Below, one piece after another: positions 19,542-29,086 of a DNA stretch of 64,000 nucleotides. The DNA is from a virus. Its lineage: Duplodnaviria > Heunggongvirae > Uroviricota > Caudoviricetes. Below the pieces are notes generated by a model. The model was given only the letters and a program-made list of their open reading frames with translations, did no database searches and was not told the origin of the DNA. Positions within the stretch are counted from its first letter, which is position 1. Every line of letters starts with the position of its first letter. A program made the position numbers and the translations under genes. The stretch lies in IMG/VR virus record IMGVR_UViG_3300028422_000701, one strand, 5' to 3'.

Positions 19542-20711
19542 ATGAATGATGCAATAAGTGTAATTACCAAATTAAAAGAAAAAGGTTTTGAAGCCTATTT
19601 AGTAGGTGGGTGTGTAAGAGATTACATACTTGATAAAGTCCCAAATGATTATGATATTTGTACTAATGCTTCACCTAGTGACATGATGCGAATATTTAAT
19701 TATGAACTTACAAATGGAATTGAATATGGTTGTGTAACAATACTTGAAGGTAGTTCTAAAATACAGGTTACTACATACAGAACTGAACAATACAATGGTG
19801 TTAATAGGTCACCTAGTGTTAGGTATAGTAGAGATGTTAAAGAAGATGTAATTCGTCGTGACTTTACAATTAATGGTTTGTTACAAGATGAAAACTTAAA
19901 TATTATAGACTATGTAGGTGGTGTACACGATTTAGTGTATGAAACAATTAAGTTTGTAGGTGACCCAAGAGAAAGAATTATGGAAGATCCTTTAAGAATA
20001 CTACGAGCAATAAGATTTAGTTGTACCCTTAATTTCACTATCGATCCAGACCATTTTATCATAATGAAAGAATTAAGAAATGAATTAAGTAGAGTAAGTG
20101 CTGAAAGGATACAATATGAATTAAATAAGATGTTTAGTTGTAACAATGTTAAACGTGCTATTTATTTATTAAAGGTACTTGGTTATGATTTTTATGGTTT
20201 ACCTATAAAGGACTGTTTTAACTATGTTACTAATGGAGATTACTTAATGCAACTTGCACATATAAATCATAGTTATTTATATAAAGTAAGTGACGTACTA
20301 AATAGTTTGAAATATACAAAAAGTGAAATTGCTATTGTAATTATGTACATTATGTGTTATAATAATATTGTTAATTCCAGTAACTTGGATGTAACCATAA
20401 AGGAAATAATTAATGAATATGGGGAAACTAATTTTTTAAAGGTTTGCGAATATATACGTAATTGTAATCAACCATTATATATAAATGTTTACTTTAGATA
20501 CAAAAATATTTTAAACAGAAAAGAAGCTTGTACTATTAAGGATTTAAAAATAAATGGGGAAGATTTAATTAAGCTTGATGTACCTGAACACAAACGTGCT
20601 AGGGTATTAAATTATTGTTTAGAAACAATACACGAGTTTCCAGTATTAAATACAAAACCAATGTTAAAAAGTATTATAAAAGACTTTTTACAAGAAGATT
20701 ATTTTGAATAA
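19542..20711 (+). CDS. cca: tRNA nucleotidyltransferase (CCA-adding enzyme)
   Basis: LVGGCVRDYIL and DYDICT head-domain motifs; ATG 19542 after aaggtgg RBS. Confidence 0.7.
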   Translation: MNDAISVITKLKEKGFEAYLVGGCVRDYILDKVPNDYDICTNASPSDMMRIFNYELTNGIEYGCVTILEGSSKIQVTTYRTEQYNGVNRSPSVRYSRDVKEDVIRRDFTINGLLQDENLNIIDYVGGVHDLVYETIKFVGDPRERIMEDPLRILRAIRFSCTLNFTIDPDHFIIMKELRNELSRVSAERIQYELNKMFSCNNVKRAIYLLKVLGYDFYGLPIKDCFNYVTNGDYLMQLAHINHSYLYKVSDVLNSLKYTKSEIAIVIMYIMCYNNIVNSSNLDVTIKEIINEYGETNFLKVCEYIRNCNQPLYINVYFRYKNILNRKEACTIKDLKINGEDLIKLDVPEHKRARVLNYCLETIHEFPVLNTKPMLKSIIKDFLQEDYFE

Positions 20712-20727
20712 TAAAGGTGGAGATTAA

Positions 20728-21528
20728 ATGAAATACTTTGTAGTAAGTGACATACACGGACATTTTAAGGAATTAAAGTATTACTTATACAAGGCAGGGT
20801 ATAGATACAAAAACCCTAAACATAAGATTATTGTATGTGGTGATATATTTGATAGGGGTAATGAGTCTTTAGAAGTACTTACCTATGTTAGAAGGTTACA
20901 ACGTAAAGATAAACTTATACTTGTAAGAGGTAACCACGAAAATTATTTTCAAATGTTCTTAGAAGGTGCAAGCATTGCATGGCATTGGTTTAATAATGGT
21001 TTTTACAAAACAGTTAATAGTTTAACAGGTTATGCAGACCATTTTAAGAGTACTATGGAATTATGGGAAAATAACCAAAGTGTTGAAGCTAATAATGTAA
21101 CTTACGATACTTACTTGAAGTATGAAAATTGGGTACGCGGTGATTTAACATCATACTACCATTGGTTATTACCTTGGTTACAACAATTACCTGATTATTA
21201 CGAAACAGAACACTATATATTTACCCACGCAGGTATTGACACAAATACTTATGATTATAGAACTCCAACTAGTAAAAGTTGGTTTGAATTACAACAAGAT
21301 GATGGAAGTTTCTTTAATAAAAGTATTTGTAATACTGAAAAAACTGTTGTTATTGGACATTTTGCAACAGACAGGTTACGTGATATGTATAATATACCTT
21401 TAACTAACACCACTAATGACATATTAGTTAGGGAAGATAAAAAGGTAATTGCTATTGATACCTGTACAATATTAACAAAAAGAATAAATGTTTTAATTAT
21501 AGAAGAAGAAGGAGAAGACAAACAATGA
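20728..21528 (+). CDS. Ser/Thr protein phosphatase-family metallophosphoesterase
   Basis: SDIHGH, GDIFDRG, GNHE motifs. Confidence 0.65.
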   Translation: MKYFVVSDIHGHFKELKYYLYKAGYRYKNPKHKIIVCGDIFDRGNESLEVLTYVRRLQRKDKLILVRGNHENYFQMFLEGASIAWHWFNNGFYKTVNSLTGYADHFKSTMELWENNQSVEANNVTYDTYLKYENWVRGDLTSYYHWLLPWLQQLPDYYETEHYIFTHAGIDTNTYDYRTPTSKSWFELQQDDGSFFNKSICNTEKTVVIGHFATDRLRDMYNIPLTNTTNDILVREDKKVIAIDTCTILTKRINVLIIEEEGEDKQ

Positions 21529-22046
21529 AACAATTATGGAACGAAAATTTAATACCCTACATAACTGACAAACAGTTAAATTATTTATGGGGATATGTAA
21601 ACAGTTTATTACAAAAAATAAGTGATGGCGAAACAGTTGACACTTATGCTTGTACTAGCAAGGAAAGGTTATGGGCATACACTTTACTAGTTGAATACGA
21701 ACTTATTAGACGTGGATTAGATGTAGACTTTGGTTTACTAGAAGGTGAGGTTCACTTTTACAACCTACATAGTTTACACTATAATATGATTATTAACTAT
21801 AATAATGTAGTAGGTTATATTAAACAAGGTAGATGTTATGTCGACCACCATGATGCACAACTATGCGAACAAATAGTTAAGTTAAATGCTAAAAATGTAA
21901 CACCAAGAAACTTTGAAGGTACTTGGGATAATTGGTACACTAGTTATGAAGAAGGAACATTACCTGTACGTAATATACATAAAACATTAGCAAAATTTAT
22001 TATAGACGATATTGAATATAGAATTAAAAAAACTGAAGAGGAGTGA
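21525..22046 (+). CDS. hypothetical protein
   Basis: ORF overlapping the upstream stop. Confidence 0.4.
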   Translation: MKQLWNENLIPYITDKQLNYLWGYVNSLLQKISDGETVDTYACTSKERLWAYTLLVEYELIRRGLDVDFGLLEGEVHFYNLHSLHYNMIINYNNVVGYIKQGRCYVDHHDAQLCEQIVKLNAKNVTPRNFEGTWDNWYTSYEEGTLPVRNIHKTLAKFIIDDIEYRIKKTEEE

Positions 22047-22050
22047 TAAT

Positions 22051-23088
22051 ATGTTAGCTGTAAAATATAGACCAAGGTTATTTACAGAAGTGATAGGACA
22101 GAGTGTTATAATTCAAATATTACAAAACCAAATTGAACAAGGTAAAGTAGTAAGCAGTTATTTATTCAACGGGGGTAGTGGTACTGGAAAGACCACTATT
22201 GCCCGTATTTTTGCTAATACACTAGATAGTGAAGTAGTAGAAATAGATGCTGCAAGTAATAATGGTGTGGATAGTATTAGACAAATAAATGACAATGTTA
22301 AATACCAACCACTTAATCATAAGTATAAAATATTTATAATAGATGAGTGTCATATGTTAAGTACAGGCGCTTGGAACGCTTTACTAAAAACACTTGAAGA
22401 GCCACCATCATATGTAATATTTATTTTATGTACAACTGACCCACAAAAAATACCTGAAACTATTATTAGTAGGGTACAAAGGTACAACTTCCAACAACCA
22501 TCACAAGAAGAAATAAAAAATAATTTAGTAGACATTTATACAAAAGAAGGTTATGAACTTGAAGAATATAGTATGGAAGCACTTAATTATATAAGCAAAC
22601 TATGTAATGGTGGGGTTAGATTAAGTATTAGTATGTTAGAAACTTGTTTACATAGTGGGCAATTACTTAGTGTAGACGTGGTTAATAGTGTACTAGGTAG
22701 GGTTGACACACTTAATTACATTACAATGTTACAACGTATTGTAGATAAGGATTATAGTAACCTTATAGACGAACTTGAAATTACAAAAGAACAAGGTATG
22801 AATTTTAAACAATATATACAAGAATACTTAGTATTTATAGTTGACCTAAAAAGATATATAATTACACGTGATTTAAGTACCTGTTTAGTTAGTGAAACAT
22901 ACTTAGAGGATATTAAAGGATTGTTAAATAACATAGTGGATATGTATGGTGGGGATATTAATAAATTAAACACCTTATTAAACACCATTTACAGCTCTTT
23001 ACAACAACTTTTAAGGGACTCCCAATACCTAAACAACCCTTACTATATTTTACTTGGTAATATGTTAAAAATAGGGGAGGAATTGTAA
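22051..23088 (+). CDS. dnaX: clamp-loader AAA+ ATPase (DNA polymerase III gamma/tau-like)
   Basis: NGGSGTGKTT Walker A; IIDECHML Walker B; SRVQRY sensor; ATG 22051 after gaggag RBS. Confidence 0.7.
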   Translation: MLAVKYRPRLFTEVIGQSVIIQILQNQIEQGKVVSSYLFNGGSGTGKTTIARIFANTLDSEVVEIDAASNNGVDSIRQINDNVKYQPLNHKYKIFIIDECHMLSTGAWNALLKTLEEPPSYVIFILCTTDPQKIPETIISRVQRYNFQQPSQEEIKNNLVDIYTKEGYELEEYSMEALNYISKLCNGGVRLSISMLETCLHSGQLLSVDVVNSVLGRVDTLNYITMLQRIVDKDYSNLIDELEITKEQGMNFKQYIQEYLVFIVDLKRYIITRDLSTCLVSETYLEDIKGLLNNIVDMYGGDINKLNTLLNTIYSSLQQLLRDSQYLNNPYYILLGNMLKIGEEL

Positions 23089-23324
23089 TGAGACTATATG
23101 CAATTAAAGATATTAAAAATGGGGGATTAATAAAAGTTAGTTGTGAACAAAATTCCCCTTTTTACCTTTCATATGATGGGTGTAATAAAGCTTTGAATTA
23201 TTATTGTAGACCTTATGAAAGATATAGTAGAACTAAAGAAGAAAATGAAAAAATATTTAATGAAAAGTTAGCTAATTATAAAGTAGTTAAATTTGAGGTA
23301 ACCGAAATAAATGAAAACATATAG
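23088..23324 (+). CDS. hypothetical protein
   Basis: ORF. Confidence 0.35.
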   Translation: MRLYAIKDIKNGGLIKVSCEQNSPFYLSYDGCNKALNYYCRPYERYSRTKEENEKIFNEKLANYKVVKFEVTEINENI

Positions 23325-23503
23325 AATAAATGTATGGGTTAGTGACGGTATATACCCACAACACGAAAAAGAAATATTAATTAATTTAAACCAAGATGAA
23401 CTTAATTGTGTTGAAAAAATAATAAGTGCTTTGTTTAATAATACTAACTTTTATAGGTACAGTATTACCGAGGTAACTATATTATAAAAAAGGAGGAAAT
23501 AGA

Positions 23504-23803
23504 ATGGAAATAAACGAAGAATTATTAAAAACATATGATGTGTATTTATACACTAGTATGAATCCTATTACTAAAACAGCACAGGGTGTATACTATAGAC
23601 GTTTAAACGAATTTCAATTTAGTAAAATACTAATGAGGGTTAAATGGTACAAAGAATTAAGAGGTACACCTACATATAGTAATGCTAAACAGTTGATGAC
23701 TGTACACGAAGTAATAAGAGAAATTAATGAAACTAAGTATTTAGAAATAGGTACTAGAGTACAGTATTGTGATTTATCCCAAGACATAATAAAAAAGGCT
23801 TAA
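23504..23803 (+). CDS. hypothetical protein
   Basis: ORF with RBS aaggagg. Confidence 0.4.
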   Translation: MEINEELLKTYDVYLYTSMNPITKTAQGVYYRRLNEFQFSKILMRVKWYKELRGTPTYSNAKQLMTVHEVIREINETKYLEIGTRVQYCDLSQDIIKKA

Positions 23804-23818
23804 CGCCTTTTTTTTTGT
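23791..23818. terminator. bidirectional rho-independent terminator between convergent gene blocks
   Basis: aaaaaa-aggc-ttaac-gcct-ttttttttt. Confidence 0.6.
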
Positions 23819-25062
23819 TATAGTGTTATTTGGTAAGTAGTAATAGGACCTTTTAATTCTTTGTTATATAGGAATGCTTGCATTGTTTTATAACTAGTTG
23901 TGTAACCTTTTTTATAGTGCCAGTTATCATCACCTGCAAGTGTACCAACAGTACGTTTAACAACACCACTTTTTTCCTTAACTTCCATATGATGTGTATG
24001 TCCTACAAACCATTCACTATACTCTGTAACACCCCATAGTGTTCTTTGTTCACTTTGCATAAGTTCAAATAGTCTATCTCCTTCATCGTCACCGTGGGTA
24101 AACCCAAGTAAGTTAATTCCAATTTGTCTGTATTGTCTACTCTTTGCACTACTGTCTACTGTAACTCTTCCATTATTACTGTACTGAGCTCTAAGTACTT
24201 CTAATGCAAAAAATGACATTTTAGTATCGTGATTGCCGGGTACATAAAATACATCAATATTACAATGGTTACTAAGTTCATCAATAATACTTTCTAACCA
24301 TTCTACCCCTTCCCTAAATACTTGTCTAAGTGTAGTTTGGGTGTCTTGTCTAGTACCATTAGTAGTAGTAACTTCTATATTATCGTAATGAAAAAAATCA
24401 CTACCTATTGGAAATAATATATTGTCAATAGTGTCTAAGTTTACACGATTTAATAATTCATACAAAGCATATTCATATCGACATTTTGTACTAAATATAT
24501 CTACATTATCGTCTACTTCTCCCTCCCAACTATACTTTCCAAAGTGTACGTCGTATAGTGGTAAAACAAGTGTATTATTATTAACCTCTTTAAACCTTAT
24601 TTTAGGCTCTTTTAACGGTGAGTCTGTTAACCTAGTAACAATATACTGTAACTCCTCTTTCCCGTTAAATACCCAGTTATTTATAGGCTTAAACGTAGCC
24701 TTAACATTATAGTTTGTTATAACCATTGGCTCCATTTGTTTGTTCTTCATTGTAACGTTGTGTGCACCACATTTGTACCCTGTACACTCCCATTTATCCC
24801 CGTCAATATCAAACAATGATCTAAGTTGATCTAATGTTAAATTGGCAGGGTTAGTATTTAATATTTTAGTGGCACTTAGCGTACCATTGTTGTAAATAAC
24901 TTCCCCATCCTGTAAATTAGGTTCAACTCCAGTTTGATCATTATTTTTTAATAAATCATTTATCTTTTGGTAAGTGGTTGGGTACTTATTAGGGTTCTTT
25001 TTGGCTCTACATATTGTACTTACACTTACTTTAAGTGTCTTTGCCAGTTGTTTGTTTGTCAT
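23818..25062 (-). CDS. HTH domain fused to calcineurin-like metallophosphoesterase
   Basis: N-terminal HTH LAKTLKVSVSTICRAKK; YVPGNHD and GHTHH motifs. Confidence 0.55.
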   Translation of the reverse strand: MTNKQLAKTLKVSVSTICRAKKNPNKYPTTYQKINDLLKNNDQTGVEPNLQDGEVIYNNGTLSATKILNTNPANLTLDQLRSLFDIDGDKWECTGYKCGAHNVTMKNKQMEPMVITNYNVKATFKPINNWVFNGKEELQYIVTRLTDSPLKEPKIRFKEVNNNTLVLPLYDVHFGKYSWEGEVDDNVDIFSTKCRYEYALYELLNRVNLDTIDNILFPIGSDFFHYDNIEVTTTNGTRQDTQTTLRQVFREGVEWLESIIDELSNHCNIDVFYVPGNHDTKMSFFALEVLRAQYSNNGRVTVDSSAKSRQYRQIGINLLGFTHGDDEGDRLFELMQSEQRTLWGVTEYSEWFVGHTHHMEVKEKSGVVKRTVGTLAGDDNWHYKKGYTTSYKTMQAFLYNKELKGPITTYQITL

Positions 25063-25417
25063 TTAGTTCCTCCTTCATTTGTAATAGTTCTAGTTTATCT
25101 TTGTATTGTAAATAACCTTTACGTAGCATATATTGATATATTTGTTTTCTAAGACTAGTTTCTTTTTCATGACAGTACTTACATAGTGTAATTAAGTTTT
25201 CGGGCAACCCTTTACCGCCGTGGCTACGACGCTCTATATGGTGAGTTTCTAAACAAACTATACCACCACATAGGGCGCATTTATTATGGTCACGGTGTCT
25301 AACAAACTCGAAAACTTCGTTACTTATCTGTAGACTTTGTTTTCTTTCCTGTTTGTTTTTTTGTCGTTGTCTTTTTTGTTTTAGTTGTTGTTCTTTTTGG
25401 TACATTAACTTCCTCAT
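25031..25417 (-). CDS. HNH endonuclease
   Basis: CALCGG...HHIERRSHGG...CKYCHE; start codon uncertain (overlaps neighbour). Confidence 0.55.
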   Translation of the reverse strand: MRKLMYQKEQQLKQKRQRQKNKQERKQSLQISNEVFEFVRHRDHNKCALCGGIVCLETHHIERRSHGGKGLPENLITLCKYCHEKETSLRKQIYQYMLRKGYLQYKDKLELLQMKEELNDKQTTGKDT

Positions 25418-26003
25418 AAGAACTAAGCACTGTTGTTTGGGAAGGCATTGTTATTTTTTGTTCCACCATTTCGTGTGTAACTATTCCTAACTGTTTAGCT
25501 TCTTCGTAATTTAAAAACCACTCACGTTTACCTTTGTCTATTACCTCTAATTGTTTATCCGTAATACGTGTATACTTAGTAATAAGTTTATGCATACAGT
25601 TGGTTAAATCCTGTTTAAATTCCACTTCATTTTCGTGGTCAACACGTTTACCATACATACCATAACTTAAATCATGGTACATTAAATGGGCATTATTACT
25701 CATTGTTCTAACTCTTGCTGAACACAAAATTAAAAACCCAGCACTGTAAGCATAGCCGTCTACGTGTACATTAACATTGTACTCTTGTATAATGTCTATT
25801 AAGGCAAAAGTATCATGTAGTGAACCACCACACGTTTTAACACGTAAGGTTTTGTTTTTATTTACGTTATCAAATATCTCTTTTATACATTTATTAACAC
25901 TAAATTCGTTAACCTCATCGTATAAAAATATAATAGCATCGGTCTCGGTTACGTGAGGCATTGGGCTCTTACATAACACTTTCATCATTTCTTTTTCATC
26001 CAT
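25320..26003 (-). CDS. ClpP-like serine protease
   Basis: GYAYSAGFLI resembles the ClpP GxAASMG active-site segment; K/T-rich C-terminal tail. Confidence 0.55.
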   Translation of the reverse strand: MDEKEMMKVLCKSPMPHVTETDAIIFLYDEVNEFSVNKCIKEIFDNVNKNKTLRVKTCGGSLHDTFALIDIIQEYNVNVHVDGYAYSAGFLILCSARVRTMSNNAHLMYHDLSYGMYGKRVDHENEVEFKQDLTNCMHKLITKYTRITDKQLEVIDKGKREWFLNYEEAKQLGIVTHEMVEQKITMPSQTTVLSSYEEVNVPKRTTTKTKKTTTKKQTGKKTKSTDK

Positions 26004-26119
26004 AGTTGGACCTCCCTTTTTCTACTACCTACAAAATATAACAACGCGTTATTTTAGTAGTAATTAAATTATAACATACTTTTATTTAAAAATAAACATT
26101 TAATTACTACTTTTTATAA

Positions 26120-27103
26120 CTAATCGGTATTTCTTATAGCTTCAATAGTTAGTTGTTTTATTTCGTTGTATAAGTCTTCATTATCATGTAAAAATTCTAC
26201 AACTTTTGGTTTGCCCTGTCCTATTTTTGTTTCATTATAAGAGAACCATGAACCACCTTTGGTAATAACACCCAAGTCACTTGCTACATCGGCAAGTTCA
26301 CTATAAGGGTCTAATCCTTTACCAAATTCAATGGTAACATCTGTTTTCTTAAATGGTGCTGCTACTTTATTTTTAACTACCTTTACAGTTGCAGTTGTAC
26401 TTTCTTCAGTGTTGTTGGCAGTTGCACCTTTTCTTATTTCAATACGTTGTGATGCAGCAAACTTTAATGCTTGACCACCTGGAGTAGTTTCAGGATTTCC
26501 ATACATAACACCAATTTTCATACGTATTTGATTAATAAATACTATTGTAGTGTTTGTCTTTTGGGCAACGGCTACAAGTTTACGCATTGCTTGTGACATT
26601 AACCTTGCAAGTAAGCCAATATGTGTGTCTCCCATTTCTCCTTCAATTTCTGCTTGTGGTGTAAGTGCGGCAACACTGTCAATTACTATTAAACTTATTT
26701 GCCCAGTACGTGCAAGGGCTTCACAAACTTCAAGTGCTTGCTCACCATTGTCAGGCTGGTTAAAAATCAACTTATTAAAATCTACCCCTAAGTTACCTGC
26801 ATAATAAGTATCTACTGCGTGTTCAGCATCTATATAGGCACATACTTTATCAGGAAACTTTTTTTGTGCTTCTGCTACTGCGTGTAAAGCAAGTGTAGTT
26901 TTACCACTACTCTCAGGTCCATATATTTCTATAATTCTACCCTGTGGATAACCACCACCTAAAATGTGGTCTATTTTTAAACTACCACTACTTATAGTAG
27001 GTACTTTTTTAATAGTTTCCTCAGTTAAAATCATAACACTTTCATCACCAAATTGTTTTCTTAATACTTTAAGTGTGTCTACTATGTCTTGATTTAATTC
27101 CAT
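26120..27103 (-). CDS. recA: RecA-family recombinase
   Basis: GPESSGKTTLALH Walker A, 327 aa, RecA core order. Confidence 0.85.
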   Translation of the reverse strand: MELNQDIVDTLKVLRKQFGDESVMILTEETIKKVPTISSGSLKIDHILGGGYPQGRIIEIYGPESSGKTTLALHAVAEAQKKFPDKVCAYIDAEHAVDTYYAGNLGVDFNKLIFNQPDNGEQALEVCEALARTGQISLIVIDSVAALTPQAEIEGEMGDTHIGLLARLMSQAMRKLVAVAQKTNTTIVFINQIRMKIGVMYGNPETTPGGQALKFAASQRIEIRKGATANNTEESTTATVKVVKNKVAAPFKKTDVTIEFGKGLDPYSELADVASDLGVITKGGSWFSYNETKIGQGKPKVVEFLHDNEDLYNEIKQLTIEAIRNTD

Positions 27104-27290
27104 ATTGTTCTTCCTTCCTTATGTTATTGTATAATTAGTTACACTAACTATACTATATTCTATTAGTATTACAGGTACAACTATGCCTTCATCATTACAA
27201 GAAGGAAAATTCCATACATTTGTTATATGGTAGTTTCCTTTAATAAAATCTTGTAGTTCTTTTACGTTATATACTATTTTATAAAACATA

Positions 27291-27758
27291 TTACCACTTA
27301 AAATTATTTAATTGTTCTTGTAATTTCTTTAAAGCATTTATTTTAGTTTCGTAGTTGTTATAAAATTTCTTAAACCTTGTTAGGTTAAGTTTAATTTCAT
27401 TTAAACTAGTCCATTCTTCAATAGTGTCCTGTAATGCTAATGTGTCAAAATATTCATTGGCTGGAAACTTATTACTATTATGTTCTGTTTCCCATTGATC
27501 TCTATGTTTCTTAACCGCTAAAGCGTGGTCTTTATCACATAGTAATTTTTTGTTTTCGTATTCTTTTTCATACCTAGCAAGTATCTCTCCAGCTACCATT
27601 TGTAAGTCACTTAATATAACTGTTTTTTCTGCTATACTACTTGCGTCAGTGTTAGGTAGTACCTCTACCTTTTTACTTAAATCATTAATAATATATACAA
27701 GTTGGTCTTGTGTATATGTTATTAAACTAAAAGGGTCTAAGTTATAATTGTTTTCCAT
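27291..27758 (-). CDS. hypothetical protein
   Basis: ORF. Confidence 0.35.
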   Translation of the reverse strand: MENNYNLDPFSLITYTQDQLVYIINDLSKKVEVLPNTDASSIAEKTVILSDLQMVAGEILARYEKEYENKKLLCDKDHALAVKKHRDQWETEHNSNKFPANEYFDTLALQDTIEEWTSLNEIKLNLTRFKKFYNNYETKINALKKLQEQLNNFKW

Positions 27759-28239
27759 ATTTTATAATTAACCTCCTTAATAAGTCTTCAACATCGTATA
27801 CGTAGGTTACAATTTTCTTAGTTCCATACATCGGTGTCGCTTCAATGTCTCCATTTTTTATATGGTTACGACTTATACTTTTAGCTCCAGTTTTTGCTAA
27901 CCTATTTAATTCATTTATGTGAACAAAATAATGTTCATCAAACTTACTGTATTTAATTAGTACACCCGGAATAACACCATCATATTTAGTTTTATTAGTT
28001 AACCCATCTTTTTGGTTTTTACTAATATGATTTAACGGTAATGTGCCCGTAGCCGTACTTTTTAACTCCATATAAAAGATGTTTGGGTATAGGTAGTTAA
28101 TATAGTCGCAAATGTTAGAAACGGCTGTAAAACCACCCATAGTATCGTATAAGCGTGTGATACATAAATTTTGTACCTCACAACTTATGTTAAAGTCTTC
28201 TTCAAAACGTTTACCACTATTCTTCGCCATCTTCATCAT
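27742..28239 (-). CDS. RecU-like Holliday junction resolvase
   Basis: SGKRFEEDF...FYMELKSTATGTLPL...HYFVHINEL parallels RecU catalytic segments. Confidence 0.45.
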   Translation of the reverse strand: MMKMAKNSGKRFEEDFNISCEVQNLCITRLYDTMGGFTAVSNICDYINYLYPNIFYMELKSTATGTLPLNHISKNQKDGLTNKTKYDGVIPGVLIKYSKFDEHYFVHINELNRLAKTGAKSISRNHIKNGDIEATPMYGTKKIVTYVYDVEDLLRRLIIKYGKQL

Positions 28240-29086
28240 CTCCTGCTACTGTAAAATCTACTTTAGTAAGGTCTGGTGTAAAACCATCATTACCACAACG
28301 ATTTTTATAATGACAGTATTTACATTTTGATATTTTAATAGTACGTGGTGGTAGTTGTTCTAATTTTTGGTAAGTTTTAACATTTTCTATTTCTCCTATT
28401 ACATCTTGTTTAACTTGTCCGTCAACAAAAAATTCAATAGGTAGTAACTTTAAGTTGTCCCTGTTTTCGTACACATAAAGTATATTATCAATACCTAAGG
28501 CAATACTATATGCCCCACCCTGTCTTTGGTGTTCTTCATAAGGTACACGTTCAACTTCTTTGTACTTAACTGTCCATTTATAGTTACCCATAGTTTTAAT
28601 TTCTATAATATAATAAACACCTTTTATTTTTACAATACCATCACATAAAAATCTAGCACTTATTATATCATTATAAAGTTTAACTTCATTACCTTGTCTT
28701 TCAATTACTTGGGTTTGTAGTTCAGGGTGTTCCTCTAAGTATTGAATAGGGTCTACCCATTCTATGTCAAACCCATTTTCTTTCATTTTCATAACAATTT
28801 GTTGTATACGTTCATGTCGGTCTGTACCAGTTTGTAACATACTTAGGTTAGGTCCAGCCTCACTTGGAGGTCTGTTATCGGGTTCTTCTTCTATACCTTG
28901 TACCTTGTAATATAACTGTCTAGCACAACCACCAAGACTACTTGGACTAAACATATCTTTTTTTGGCATTCTTGGTGGGTTCATTTTTTGTTGTGTACAG
29001 TAAAAAGCATATTCAAATTGTTCAGCAATAGACTTAGGTTTAGTTGCTTCACGTATTAATTTAGCAAGTATATTACCACTACTCAT
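28217..29086 (-). CDS. Cas4/RecB-like PD-(D/E)xK exonuclease with Cys cluster
   Basis: N-terminal GGCARQ Cys plus C-terminal CKYCHYKNRC; central D/E/K nuclease core. Confidence 0.55.
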   Translation of the reverse strand: MSSGNILAKLIREATKPKSIAEQFEYAFYCTQQKMNPPRMPKKDMFSPSSLGGCARQLYYKVQGIEEEPDNRPPSEAGPNLSMLQTGTDRHERIQQIVMKMKENGFDIEWVDPIQYLEEHPELQTQVIERQGNEVKLYNDIISARFLCDGIVKIKGVYYIIEIKTMGNYKWTVKYKEVERVPYEEHQRQGGAYSIALGIDNILYVYENRDNLKLLPIEFFVDGQVKQDVIGEIENVKTYQKLEQLPPRTIKISKCKYCHYKNRCGNDGFTPDLTKVDFTVAGDDEDGEE

